Assembly (NCBI GenBank): GCA_902489135.1
Contig: CABTYW010000001.1
Span: 6,734-70,733, forward strand
Reading direction: 5' to 3'
Length of the DNA stretch: 64,000 nucleotides
From: an uncultured Synergistaceae bacterium
GTDB taxonomy: Bacteria > Synergistota > Synergistia > Synergistales > Dethiosulfovibrionaceae
The notes beneath the pieces were generated by a model, which worked only from the letters and a program-made list of their open reading frames with translations, searched no databases and was not told the origin of the DNA. A program made the translations under genes and the position numbers. Below are positions 1-9,609 of this stretch, piece by piece. Positions within the stretch are counted from its first letter, which is position 1. Every line of letters begins with the position of its first letter.

Positions 1-249
1 ACTTGATTTTAAGCAGATATTACAAAAACAACATAAAAAATTCGAAAAACATCTCCTCTAAAAAATTTCAATGCATTATTTTATGATGTAAGCGAGAACG
101 TCCCTTGAAGTTTGTATATTTTTTGTTAGAATTTATGAGGTGCGTGGATATTATTTATCTTTATTTTCGGTTTATATTCGGAAAAAGATGAGCGACAATA
201 TCCGCGCCTTTTACCGTCTGCAGCATGGGGGGAAAAGTAACGGTTCCAG

Positions 250-281
250 ACGTTTCACGATCCATTACGTTTCACGATCCA
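250..281. repeat. Tandem 15-bp direct repeat ACGTTTCACGATCCA x2 (17-bp period) upstream of ABC operon
   Basis: Exact copies at 250-264 and 267-281, 25 bp before the ATG at 307. Confidence 0.85.
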
Positions 282-306
282 CTAATCGAAGGGAAGGGGT
301 TTCGGT

Positions 307-1851
307 ATGAAAAAAACACTTGCACTGTGCCTGGCTTTGACCATGGCGGTCGCAGCCGCTTCTTACGCCTCGCCTCGCGGTGAGGAAATGCGCATCGGCG
401 TTTCCATTGACGCGAAGAATTTTGACCCGCAGAATTCCGTGGACACCTATTCATTCTCCATGCAGAAACAAATTTACGAGCCTCTCTTCACCGTTGACGG
501 AAAAACCCGCACGCTGACGCCGGTCCTTGCCGAAAGCTACGAACAGCTTGACGACCGCACTTACAAATTTCATCTGCGCAAGGGCGTCAAGTTCCACAAC
601 GGCGAGGAGTTCACCGCCGACGACGTGGTGTTCTCTCTGACCCGCGTCACCGATCCCAAGCGTTCGGTTTTCGCAAAATCCAAGGGCGTTTGGATTGACC
701 CCAAGGGTTTTGAAGTTATTGACAAATATACCGTCATTGTACGCACCAACGGTCCCGTGGGCGGCTGGATCGGCTCCATGAAACACCCCTACGCCATGAT
801 TCTCAACCGCAAAGCCGTCGAGGAAGGGGGCGCCGATTATTTCCGCAATCCCGTCGGAACGGGACCCTACAAGTTCATCAAATGGAACAAGGGCGAATCC
901 GTCGAGATGGAAGCCTTCGGTGATTACTGGGGCACCAAACCCTACGCGAAAAAGCTCACCTTCATTGTTCTGCCCGATGACAGCACCCGCATCATCGCTC
1001 TTGAAACAGGCAAGGTCGATATGATTTATGCCGTGCCGCCCTCCGATTTCGACCGTCTGCAGCACAGTGACAAAGTCAAGGCCGTCAAGGCACCGGGGCT
1101 TGTGCTGCTCCATGTCAGCATGAACATGGACAGCCCGAAGCTTCAGGATGTCCGCGTGCGCAAGGCCATTGACGCGGCGATCAACAAAGAGGCCTATATC
1201 CATGTCGTCTACAACGGCAACGGCGTGCCGGGAGTGGGACCTCTGCCTACCGCCAGCAGCTGGCTGCCCGAAAATCCCGAAAAGTGGGAATACAATCCCG
1301 AGCTCGCCAAAAAGCTTCTGGCGGAGGCCGGCGTAAAAGACCTGGAACTCAACCTCTGGGTGATGAACGCCGCGGACCGCGTCAACGGCGCCACCGTTCT
1401 TCAGAGTATGCTGGGCGCGGTGGGCATTAAAGTCAACGTGTCGGTATTCGAAAACGCCGTCATCAACGACAAGGTTCGCAAGGAACCTGAAAAATACGAT
1501 CTCTATGCCGCCACCTGGGGCATGCAGACCAACCGTGACCCCGGAATTTACTGGCAGTCGGTCATTACGACGTCTTCCATCGCCAGCACCAACTCGGCCC
1601 GCATTTCCGATCCCGAACTGGATCGGCTCATGAACGAAGAAAACCAGCAGACCAACGATGAAGAACGCGCCAAGGTCTTCCAGAAGATCTGGGACCGCAT
1701 GAACGAGCTGCATCCCTGGATTTATCTGTGCCAGGCCGACGAACTCAACGCCGCGCAAAAAGATTTGATCGGCGTCGACGAACTTTACGACGGCAAGATC
1801 AATCTTCTCAGCAACCTGCACTATCCGGAGCAGACTGAGCGCCTGAAATAG
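307..1851 (+). CDS. Peptide/nickel ABC transporter substrate-binding protein (family 5, DppA/OppA-like)
   Basis: Signal peptide; LAESY...YKFHLRKGVKFHNGEEFTADDVVFS and PVGTGPYKF family-5 SBP motifs; GAAGGGG RBS. Confidence 0.93.
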   Translation: MKKTLALCLALTMAVAAASYASPRGEEMRIGVSIDAKNFDPQNSVDTYSFSMQKQIYEPLFTVDGKTRTLTPVLAESYEQLDDRTYKFHLRKGVKFHNGEEFTADDVVFSLTRVTDPKRSVFAKSKGVWIDPKGFEVIDKYTVIVRTNGPVGGWIGSMKHPYAMILNRKAVEEGGADYFRNPVGTGPYKFIKWNKGESVEMEAFGDYWGTKPYAKKLTFIVLPDDSTRIIALETGKVDMIYAVPPSDFDRLQHSDKVKAVKAPGLVLLHVSMNMDSPKLQDVRVRKAIDAAINKEAYIHVVYNGNGVPGVGPLPTASSWLPENPEKWEYNPELAKKLLAEAGVKDLELNLWVMNAADRVNGATVLQSMLGAVGIKVNVSVFENAVINDKVRKEPEKYDLYAATWGMQTNRDPGIYWQSVITTSSIASTNSARISDPELDRLMNEENQQTNDEERAKVFQKIWDRMNELHPWIYLCQADELNAAQKDLIGVDELYDGKINLLSNLHYPEQTERLK

Positions 1852-1875
1852 CACCGCCTTCTGCATGATGTTCTT

Positions 1876-1905
1876 CCTCCGGACGTCTCCGACGGCGTCC
1901 GGAGG
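1876..1905 (+). terminator. Intercistronic stem-loop after SBP gene
   Basis: CCTCCGGACG / CGTCCGGAGG 10-bp inverted repeat; typical position for an SBP-mRNA stabilising or attenuating hairpin. Confidence 0.6.
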
Positions 1906-1982
1906 CATCCCCCCGGTTGCCTTTTTCCGCAAAAACTCCTGAACGGCTCCCATAATTACTTAAGAATAAAGGTGATGCTCCC

Positions 1983-2906
1983 GTGCTGAAGTACGCTATC
2001 CGCAGAATATTCATCCTCATTCCCGTGGTGCTCAGCGTGATGTTCATTCTGTACACCATGCTCTATTTCACGCCCGGCGATCCTGCCCGCATCGCGCTTG
2101 GAGAAGAAGCGACGCCCGAAGCCATTGAATCCTTTCGCCACGAACACGGCCTGGACGATCCTTTTTTTGTCCAGTTCGGGCGCTACGTCTACAACGCCGT
2201 AACCAAATTGGACCTGGGATACTCCTACAACATGAAAACTCCCATCTCTCTGGAACTGGCCATACGAATTCCCACCACCATGAAGCTGGCTTTTTCGGCA
2301 GTTCTGTTCAGTACCCTGATCGGCCTGCCCCTGGGAATTCTCAGCGCCATCAAACAGTACTCACTGCTTGACAGCATTGTCACCATTTTTATTCTCCTCG
2401 GGGTTTCCATGCCCACATTCTGGACCGGGCTTCTGCTGATCCTCGCCTTTTCCGTGAAACTGGGCTGGCTACCTTCCATGGGATTCAGCACTCTCGGCGA
2501 AATGGTTTTGCCGGTGGTGACGCTGTCGGGGTCCTCCATTGCACTTTTCGCGAAAATGACCCGATCGAGCATGCTTGAAGTCATTAAATCCGATTACATC
2601 AGAACTGCGAAGGCCAAGGGGCAAAAAAACAGCATCGTCATCTGGCGGCACGCGCTGCCCAACGCGCTCATTCCCATCATGACCATTATCAGCATGCAGT
2701 TCGGCGCTCTGTTGGGCGGATCCATCGTCACCGAGGCCATTTTCTCCATTCCCGGCGTGGGGCGACTGATGATCGATGCCATCAACCTGCGCGACTACCC
2801 CATTATTCAGGGCGGCGTTCTGTTCATCTCTCTGTCCTACTGCCTGATCAACCTCGTCGTCGACCTGCTGTACGCGGTGGTTGATCCGCGCATTACCGTA
2901 AAGTAG
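1983..2906 (+). CDS. Peptide ABC transporter permease (DppB/OppB-like)
   Basis: PGDPA N-terminal motif, EAA-type loop (DYIRTAKAKG), TM segments, VDPRI end; GTG start. Confidence 0.93.
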   Translation: MLKYAIRRIFILIPVVLSVMFILYTMLYFTPGDPARIALGEEATPEAIESFRHEHGLDDPFFVQFGRYVYNAVTKLDLGYSYNMKTPISLELAIRIPTTMKLAFSAVLFSTLIGLPLGILSAIKQYSLLDSIVTIFILLGVSMPTFWTGLLLILAFSVKLGWLPSMGFSTLGEMVLPVVTLSGSSIALFAKMTRSSMLEVIKSDYIRTAKAKGQKNSIVIWRHALPNALIPIMTIISMQFGALLGGSIVTEAIFSIPGVGRLMIDAINLRDYPIIQGGVLFISLSYCLINLVVDLLYAVVDPRITVK

Positions 2907-2916
2907 GAGGTCGGTT

Positions 2917-3765
2917 ATGAAGAACAACTCGATGCTCCACTACACGCTCATTCGTCTGCGCCGCAATTATCTTGCCCTGTTCGGCCTGGCCATTCTCATT
3001 CTGCTTATTGTCTGCGCCGTCTTTGCCGAGCAGCTGGCTCCCTGCGGCTACGCGGCTCAGGATTATATGATGATCCGCCATGCGCCTTCGGCCGCCCACT
3101 GGCTGGGAACCGATGAATTCGGACGGGATATTCTGAGCCGTCTGATTTACGGCTCGCGCATCTCTTTGCAGGTCGGTCTCATCGCCGTATCCATTTCGCT
3201 GGTACTCGGCGGATTGATCGGCGCCATCTCGGGTTACTTCGGCGGCAAGCTGGACAATATTCTGATGCGCCTTATGGACATTCAAATGGCTATTCCCACG
3301 ATCCTTTTGGCCATCGTCATTTCCTCGGTCCTGGGCCCGGGGCTCTTCAATCTCATGGTCGCCGTGGGCATCACGTATATTCCCAAGTTCGCCCGTCTCA
3401 CCCGCGCATCGGTGCTCTCCATCAAAGACCAGGAATTCATTGAGGCGGCACGGGCCATGGGGGCTTCCCACAAGCGGATTATCTGCCTGTACATTCTGCC
3501 CAACTGCGCGGCGCCTCTCATCGTTCAATCCACCCTGAGCGTTGCCAATGCCATTCTCTTTGCGGCCACGCTCAGCTTTCTGGGGCTCGGAATTCAGCCT
3601 CCCTACCCGGAATGGGGCGGCATGCTTTCGGCGGCGCGTCCCTACATGCGCAACAGCGCTTACATGAGCATTTTCCCGGGGCTGGCCATTATGTTCACCA
3701 TTCTGTCGCTGAACTTTCTCGGCGACGGTCTCCGTGACGCTCTTGACCCCAAGCAGAAACGCTAG
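2917..3765 (+). CDS. Peptide ABC transporter permease (DppC/OppC-like)
   Basis: HWLGTDEFGRDILSR, EFIEAARAMGA, GDGLRDALDPK motifs; AGGAGG RBS. Confidence 0.93.
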   Translation: MKNNSMLHYTLIRLRRNYLALFGLAILILLIVCAVFAEQLAPCGYAAQDYMMIRHAPSAAHWLGTDEFGRDILSRLIYGSRISLQVGLIAVSISLVLGGLIGAISGYFGGKLDNILMRLMDIQMAIPTILLAIVISSVLGPGLFNLMVAVGITYIPKFARLTRASVLSIKDQEFIEAARAMGASHKRIICLYILPNCAAPLIVQSTLSVANAILFAATLSFLGLGIQPPYPEWGGMLSAARPYMRNSAYMSIFPGLAIMFTILSLNFLGDGLRDALDPKQKR

Positions 3766-3774
3766 GTGAATGAC

Positions 3775-4803
3775 ATGACTGAAAACAAAGATACGCTTCT
3801 TGACATTCGTGACCTCTCGGTGCAGTTCAATACGGACTCCGGCGTCGTTAAAGCGGTGAACCATCTGAACCTCCGTCTGGAGCGCGGGAAAGCGCTGGGG
3901 TTCGTGGGCGAGACGGGCGCGGGAAAGACAACGACGGCACTGTCCATTCTTCAGCTTATCGAAACGCCCCCCGGAGAGATCACCGGCGGCGAAATCCTTT
4001 TCGACGGACAGGACGTCCGGAAAATGACGGAGTCGGAAAAGCGCCGGCTTCGCGGCGGCAGCGTGTCCATGATCTTCCAGGACCCCATGACGTCCCTCAA
4101 CCCCATTATGACAGTGGAAGAGCAGATCAGCGAAATGGTGGAGCTTCACCTCAATCTTAAAGGCGAAGCCGCCCGCGAGCGGGCTCTTGAAATGCTTCGC
4201 CTTGTAGGCATCCGCCCCGAACGCGCCAAAGACTTTCCTCACCAGTTTTCAGGAGGAATGAGGCAGCGCGTAGTCATCGCCATTGCGCTGGCCTGCAGGC
4301 CTCAGCTGATCATCGCCGACGAACCCACCACGGCGCTGGACGTCACCATTCAGGCTCAGGTGCTTGAGCTGATTAAAAAGCTCCAGGAGGAGGCTCACAC
4401 CTCCATGCTGCTCATTACCCACGATCTCGGGATCGTGGCCGAAACCTGCGACACGGTGGCCATTATGTATGCGGGGCACATCGTTGAGTATGCCGACATC
4501 ACGTCGCTTTACACCGCCCCCAAGCACCCCTACACTCAGGGACTTTTTAACGCCGTTCCCACGCTTGAAAGCCCTCTCGGTTCACGCCTCGCCGTCATCC
4601 CCGGCCTGCCGCCGGACCCCACCAATCTTCCCACGGGTTGTTCCTTCTCGCCCCGTTGCCCCTACGCAAAGGACGTCTGCTTTGAAAAAGCCTGCGGGAT
4701 GCGCGAAATCGCCCCCGGCCATTTTGTGGACTGCCACTTCCCTCTGACCCCTCAATCGGGCAACGCCTTTCTTGAGCGCAGACACACCTCGGAGGATGAA
4801 TGA
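3775..4803 (+). CDS. Peptide ABC transporter ATP-binding protein (DppD-like)
   Basis: Walker A GETGAGKT, FSGGMRQR signature, ADEPTTALD, C-terminal oligo_HPY Cys motif; start chosen at ATG 3775 after AGGTGA. Confidence 0.93.
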   Translation: MTENKDTLLDIRDLSVQFNTDSGVVKAVNHLNLRLERGKALGFVGETGAGKTTTALSILQLIETPPGEITGGEILFDGQDVRKMTESEKRRLRGGSVSMIFQDPMTSLNPIMTVEEQISEMVELHLNLKGEAARERALEMLRLVGIRPERAKDFPHQFSGGMRQRVVIAIALACRPQLIIADEPTTALDVTIQAQVLELIKKLQEEAHTSMLLITHDLGIVAETCDTVAIMYAGHIVEYADITSLYTAPKHPYTQGLFNAVPTLESPLGSRLAVIPGLPPDPTNLPTGCSFSPRCPYAKDVCFEKACGMREIAPGHFVDCHFPLTPQSGNAFLERRHTSEDE

Positions 4804-5774
4804 TCATGAGCGATAATTTGATTGATATCCGTCATGTAAAAAAATATTTCAACGTCTCCAGCGGTCTGCTGCATGCCGTCGACGACGTGACGCTGACGAT
4901 CCCCCGCGGTAAAACTCTCGGTCTGGTGGGCGAATCGGGCTGTGGAAAATCCACCCTCGGCCGAGTGATTATCGGACTGCTCAAAGCCACCGGGGGAGAA
5001 ATCCTGTTCAACGGCGAGGACACGCTGAAATACAACGCCGAACAGCGCGCCGCTTTCAGGCGCCATGCGCAGATTGTCTTTCAGGATCCCTTCTCCTCTC
5101 TCAATCCCCGCATGTCGGTGTCTCAGCTGATTTCCGAGCCGCTGATCATCAACAGGGAATGTACTTCAAAGAAGGACCTGGAGGCCAAGGTCAGGGAACT
5201 GATGGACCTTGTGGGCCTCGCGCCGCGCCTCACCACTTCCTTTCCCCATGAACTCGACGGCGGTCGCCGCCAAAGGATAGGCATCGCCCGCGCGCTGGCG
5301 CTGAATCCTGAGTTTATCGTCCTCGACGAGCCCGTCTCGGCGCTTGACGTCTGCATTCAGGCTCAGGTGCTGAACCTTCTGGCCGACCTTCGCGAACAGC
5401 GCGGCTATACGTACCTTTTCATCAGCCACAATCTCAGCGTGGTGCGTTACGTCTCCGACGAAGTGGCCGTGATGTACTTGGGAAGACTGGTTGAAAAGGC
5501 CGACAACACCACGCTGTTCAGCAAGCCCCTTCATCCCTACACTCAGGCGTTGCTCTCGGCGGTTCCCGTCGCCAGCGTCGGGCCGAAAAAACAGCGCATC
5601 ATCCTTGAAGGCGACGTTCCCAGCCCCGTCAATCCGCCGGAGGGCTGCCGCTTCGCCGGACGCTGTGTGCGGCATCAGGAAATCTGCACCCGCGAGACGC
5701 CGCCTCTTGTGGAAGTCGAGCCCGGGCATTTTGTGGCCTGCCATCTCGCCGGATCATGCACGCCCTGCGCCTGA
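4800..5774 (+). CDS. Peptide ABC transporter ATP-binding protein (DppF-like)
   Basis: GESGCGKST, LDGGRRQR, DEPVSALD, HPYTQAL, GCRFAGRC; ATGA overlap with previous gene. Confidence 0.93.
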   Translation: MIMSDNLIDIRHVKKYFNVSSGLLHAVDDVTLTIPRGKTLGLVGESGCGKSTLGRVIIGLLKATGGEILFNGEDTLKYNAEQRAAFRRHAQIVFQDPFSSLNPRMSVSQLISEPLIINRECTSKKDLEAKVRELMDLVGLAPRLTTSFPHELDGGRRQRIGIARALALNPEFIVLDEPVSALDVCIQAQVLNLLADLREQRGYTYLFISHNLSVVRYVSDEVAVMYLGRLVEKADNTTLFSKPLHPYTQALLSAVPVASVGPKKQRIILEGDVPSPVNPPEGCRFAGRCVRHQEICTRETPPLVEVEPGHFVACHLAGSCTPCA

Positions 5775-5784
5775 TGCAAAAAGC

Positions 5785-6342
5785 ATGTCCCAGAAAACTC
5801 CTCTGCGGTGGCTGTGCGGCGTTCCCGTTTTTGCCAATCCGCTGATTTTGACGGATCTGTTCTCCGCGCTCATTGTCCTCTGGCTGATTACGGCGCTTCT
5901 CATGGTTCTGGCCCAGCTTTTTCTTGGAGACGGGCCGCTACTGGCTTCTCATCTGACGGCCGCTTCCGTTTTCGCCGGATGGCTGGTGATTTTTTCTTTC
6001 GCACTTTATACGGCTGTTGTCGTTTTTTTCTATCCTCGAGGGTATGTCATGCTCTTTCGTTTGGAAGAGACCTGTCTCTATCTGGAGTCTCTGCGCGGAA
6101 AAATGGACACGGGCGGCCTGTTCCGCGTAAAACCCTTCGCCGTGGCAGCGGACTTCTCGCCCCGGCGCAGCACGGCGAAAGAAATTCCCTGGGCTGAAGT
6201 GCGCGGCGTCAGAGAACTGCCCGACATGAACGTCATCCTTTTGAAGCGGCATGGAACGCTGGCGCGCATTTACTGCCCCGACAGGAACGTTTATGAAGCG
6301 GCGTTATCATTGATCAAGGAGAAGGTCTCCCTTTATGGTTAA
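5785..6342 (+). CDS. Hypothetical membrane protein (two N-terminal TM helices plus soluble C-terminal domain)
   Basis: In-frame ATG at 5785 of the 5491..6342 ORF, 10 bp after the dppF-like stop; overlaps GntR start; two hydrophobic stretches. Confidence 0.7.
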   Translation: MSQKTPLRWLCGVPVFANPLILTDLFSALIVLWLITALLMVLAQLFLGDGPLLASHLTAASVFAGWLVIFSFALYTAVVVFFYPRGYVMLFRLEETCLYLESLRGKMDTGGLFRVKPFAVAADFSPRRSTAKEIPWAEVRGVRELPDMNVILLKRHGTLARIYCPDRNVYEAALSLIKEKVSLYG

Positions 6343-7072
6343 AGAACCGAAATGCACCACAAAAGAGCAGGTCTATCTCTGCCTGAAAAACGACATCCTT
6401 TCGGGACGTTATGCCGACGGGCAGCAACTTTTGCAGAAAGACCTGGCGGAGAAGTGCAAGGTAAGCCGCATTCCCGTTCGTGAAGCCCTGACGCAGCTTG
6501 CCAGCGAAGGTCTGGTCAAATTAATTCCCTACAAAGGCGCGGTGGTGGCCTCTTTTTCTCCCGAGGAACTCCACGAGATCTTTGAGATCCGTTATGCTCT
6601 CGAGTCGCTGATTATCCGGCATGTCGTCAAAAACATCACCGAAGAATCGGCGCAGCGCGTTCACGAACTGCTGCTGAAGTCCATCAGGACGCCGCCTCAA
6701 CGGCGCAGTCGCAACACCAACTGGGAATTTCACCGGGCGCTTTACGAAATCGCCGGCAAAAAAAGGCTTTTGGCTTTAATTGAAGCTCAATACGAAAAAA
6801 TCGATCGATACATTCAGGTGGACATCACACAGCCCTACGTACAGGAAAACGCCTTCAGGTCTCACGATGCCATTCTCCAGGCCTGTCGCGCCGGCGATTC
6901 CGTGGAGGCGACGGTGCTGCTCCATGAGCACATGATGGCGGCCGTCCGCCGCCTCGACGCCTTCCTTCGCGAAAAGGTGAGCCGCGGTGCGCCCGACGAA
7001 ACCTTTACGCTCTTCCCTCCGCTGATCAAAGGCAATCCTTCGTTCTGCCCGGTGCCAGCCGACACAGAATGA
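6335..7072 (+). CDS. GntR family transcriptional regulator (FCD domain)
   Basis: wHTH VSRIPVREALTQLASEGLV; FCD NWEFHRAL...HDAILQA. Confidence 0.92.
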   Translation: MVKEPKCTTKEQVYLCLKNDILSGRYADGQQLLQKDLAEKCKVSRIPVREALTQLASEGLVKLIPYKGAVVASFSPEELHEIFEIRYALESLIIRHVVKNITEESAQRVHELLLKSIRTPPQRRSRNTNWEFHRALYEIAGKKRLLALIEAQYEKIDRYIQVDITQPYVQENAFRSHDAILQACRAGDSVEATVLLHEHMMAAVRRLDAFLREKVSRGAPDETFTLFPPLIKGNPSFCPVPADTE

Positions 7073-7159
7073 AGTCGTTGACTCGTTCCCCTGCAGATCG
7101 ATTATCCGTCCCGTACCGTAAGTACCGCACCGCCATTACTTTTTTCAGGAGGTTTTTCC

Positions 7160-8155
7160 ATGCTTACTCATAGACAGAGAATTGAAAACGCCATCGCCAT
7201 GAAAGAAAACGACCGCACGCCCTACAGCATGTGGATGCACTTTCCCAACAGGGACCGCAGTCCGCGGCGTCTCGCCGAACTGGCGCTGAGAGATCAGAAA
7301 AAATACGACCTCGATTTCATCAAATTCATGCCCTTCGGAATGTACACCACCATCGATCTGGGCGTGGACCTTGACGTGTTCCCCGGCTTCGAGAAGGCCC
7401 CCGTCCAGCATGAGCCCATCATCAAAGACGCAAAGGATTTCGACCGGCTCCGCCCTGTCAGCGGCACCCGCGGCGAATACGCCATTGTGCTGGAAGCCCA
7501 GCGCATCGTCATGGAGAATATGACTGAACACGTGCCCTTTCTTCAGACCGTCTTCAGCCCGGCCACCACACTGGCAAAAATCTGCTCGCCGGCCGCTTTG
7601 ACAAAATTTATGGACGAAGATCCCGCACGAGTTCATCGCGCTCTCGAAATGGTCACCGACACCACCCTTCAATTCGTCCGTGCCAGCATGGCTCTCGGCG
7701 CCGACGGATTTTTCTTCGCCACTCAGCTTTCGGGACGCCGGACCATGAGTACGGAGCATCATCAGGAGTTCGTCAGAAAGTACGACCTTCAAATCCTCAA
7801 TGCCGTTAAAAACGACACGTGGTTCAATGTGCTTCACATGCACGGCGCCGAAGTCCGCATTGACGAAGTGCAGGATTACCCCGTACAGGGATTGAGCTGG
7901 CATGACCGCGACGACGGCCCCTCCATGGACGAAGTGCGCAAATACAGCACCAAGGCCTTTGTGGGCGGCCTGAGCTGGGGAGAAAACTGGCTCACGAAAA
8001 CAGAAGCTCAGGTTGTCGCCGAAGTGCGCGAGATGTGCGGCCGTCCCGGCGTCATCGTCGGTCCGGGCTGCGTCATTGAACCCCATACGCCTGAAAAATA
8101 CCTCGAGCTGGTTCACAAAACCGTTCTCGAGTCCGCAAAAAGCTGTAGAAAATAA
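7160..8155 (+). CDS. Uroporphyrinogen decarboxylase (UroD/MtaA-CmuA) fold protein, not a true HemE
   Basis: MLTHRQRIENAI...DRTP, DFIKFM, QTVFSP, GADGFFFA, LHMHG, GPGCVI pattern of UroD-like family; HemE MRQAGR motif absent; CAGGAGG RBS. Confidence 0.8.
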   Translation: MLTHRQRIENAIAMKENDRTPYSMWMHFPNRDRSPRRLAELALRDQKKYDLDFIKFMPFGMYTTIDLGVDLDVFPGFEKAPVQHEPIIKDAKDFDRLRPVSGTRGEYAIVLEAQRIVMENMTEHVPFLQTVFSPATTLAKICSPAALTKFMDEDPARVHRALEMVTDTTLQFVRASMALGADGFFFATQLSGRRTMSTEHHQEFVRKYDLQILNAVKNDTWFNVLHMHGAEVRIDEVQDYPVQGLSWHDRDDGPSMDEVRKYSTKAFVGGLSWGENWLTKTEAQVVAEVREMCGRPGVIVGPGCVIEPHTPEKYLELVHKTVLESAKSCRK

Positions 8156-8199
8156 TTTCTTTGTCATAATTCCCTTTGAAAGAGAGGACCGGTCTTTTT

Positions 8200-9498
8200 A
8201 TGTTTACCATTACGGAGTTCCTTCATCAGGAAGTGAAACCCGCGCTGGGCTGTACTGAGCCCGGAGCCGTGGCCCTCGCCACGGCGAAGGCCTGCGAGCA
8301 GCTCAGCGGCCCCGCGGAACGCGTGGATATTACCGTCAGCGACAACATCTTTAAGAACGGCATCGCCGTAGGCGTCCCCGGAACCAACGGCGAGCGGGGA
8401 AACGAAATCGCGGCGGCTCTGGCGGTGTTCTGCGGCCGCAGCGATTACAGCCTGGAAGTGCTTAAAGACGCCGACGACGCCGATCTGAACAACGCTCACA
8501 AATTTCTTGAAGAAGGGCGCATCGTTTTAAAACCCAACGGAGCGGGCGGGGTGTATGTGGAGGCCACGGCGATGCGCGGCAACGAAAAGGGCACGGCCAT
8601 TATCGAGCAGACTCACGCGAACATCACCAGGGTGCTGAAAAACGGCGCCGTGGTCTTCGAGGCGGCGCCTCACTGTGACGGGGCCGTCAGCGATGCCGCT
8701 TCAAGCGCTCCATCCATCCCCGACCAAGTCAAGAAGATGGATTTCGATGAGCTTGTCGCTCTGGCGGACACCCTTTCTCCCGACGACGTGGATTATCTGT
8801 GGCAGGGCATCGAAATGAACCTGCGGATTGCCGATCACGGATTTAAAAACAACGTGGGCGTGGGGCTGGGGCGCATGGTGAAGAAAGCTGCCGGAGCGGG
8901 GTACGAGAATGACATTGCGGCGCAGGTCAAAGCTGTATCCGCCGCAGCTTCCGACGCGCGCATGGGCGGAGTGGCCATGCCCGTCATGAGCAGCGCCGGC
9001 AGCGGAAATCACGGCATTACGGCCATCCTTCCCGTGTACGTGGTGGGGACGGCCCACCACAAATCCCGCCAAGAAATCGCCCGTGCCGTGGCTTACAGCC
9101 ACCTGGCCACCAGCTTCGTCAAGAGCCGCATGGGACGCCTGAGCCCGGTGTGCGGCTGCTCGGTGGCCGCGGGGTCAGGCGCCGCCGCGGGCATCGTCAA
9201 CGTTTTGGGCGGAACGAACGCTCAGGCTCAAAAGGCCATGGAGCTGGTGCTGGGCAATATTACGGGAATGCTCTGCGACGGCGCCAAGGAAAGCTGCGCT
9301 CTCAAGGTGGGAACCGGCGCGAGCGAAGCCTATTACGCCGCCATGATCGCTCTGTCAGGCGGCGGCCTCAGCGTCTCTCAAGGCGTCGTTGACGTCAAAA
9401 GCCTCACTCAAACGGCCGACAACGCGGCGCGTCTCAACGCCGAAGGCATGAAAGACGTGGATCATACCATTATCGACATCATCAGAAATCGTCCCTGA
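8200..9498 (+). CDS. YhaM/CdsB-like (UPF0597, serine dehydratase alpha family) Fe-S dehydratase, putative cysteine desulfidase
   Basis: KPALGCTEPGAVA, SDARMGG...MSSAGSGNHG, LSPVCGC, GMLCDGAKESCALK motifs. Confidence 0.88.
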   Translation: MFTITEFLHQEVKPALGCTEPGAVALATAKACEQLSGPAERVDITVSDNIFKNGIAVGVPGTNGERGNEIAAALAVFCGRSDYSLEVLKDADDADLNNAHKFLEEGRIVLKPNGAGGVYVEATAMRGNEKGTAIIEQTHANITRVLKNGAVVFEAAPHCDGAVSDAASSAPSIPDQVKKMDFDELVALADTLSPDDVDYLWQGIEMNLRIADHGFKNNVGVGLGRMVKKAAGAGYENDIAAQVKAVSAAASDARMGGVAMPVMSSAGSGNHGITAILPVYVVGTAHHKSRQEIARAVAYSHLATSFVKSRMGRLSPVCGCSVAAGSGAAAGIVNVLGGTNAQAQKAMELVLGNITGMLCDGAKESCALKVGTGASEAYYAAMIALSGGGLSVSQGVVDVKSLTQTADNAARLNAEGMKDVDHTIIDIIRNRP

Positions 9499-9609
9499 CG
9501 GGCCTTCGATGTGACTGCGGCGCAGATTTCCCAAAGCAGGCTTGCGCCGCCCTTTTTGTTTCGCTCTCGGCAGTCCGCCCTGAGCCGCTGAAAAAATCTT
9601 CAGTTCGAG

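Noticed and set aside
7160..8155. Calling this gene hemE
   Set aside because: The HemE catalytic MRQAGR motif is absent and there are no tetrapyrrole genes nearby.
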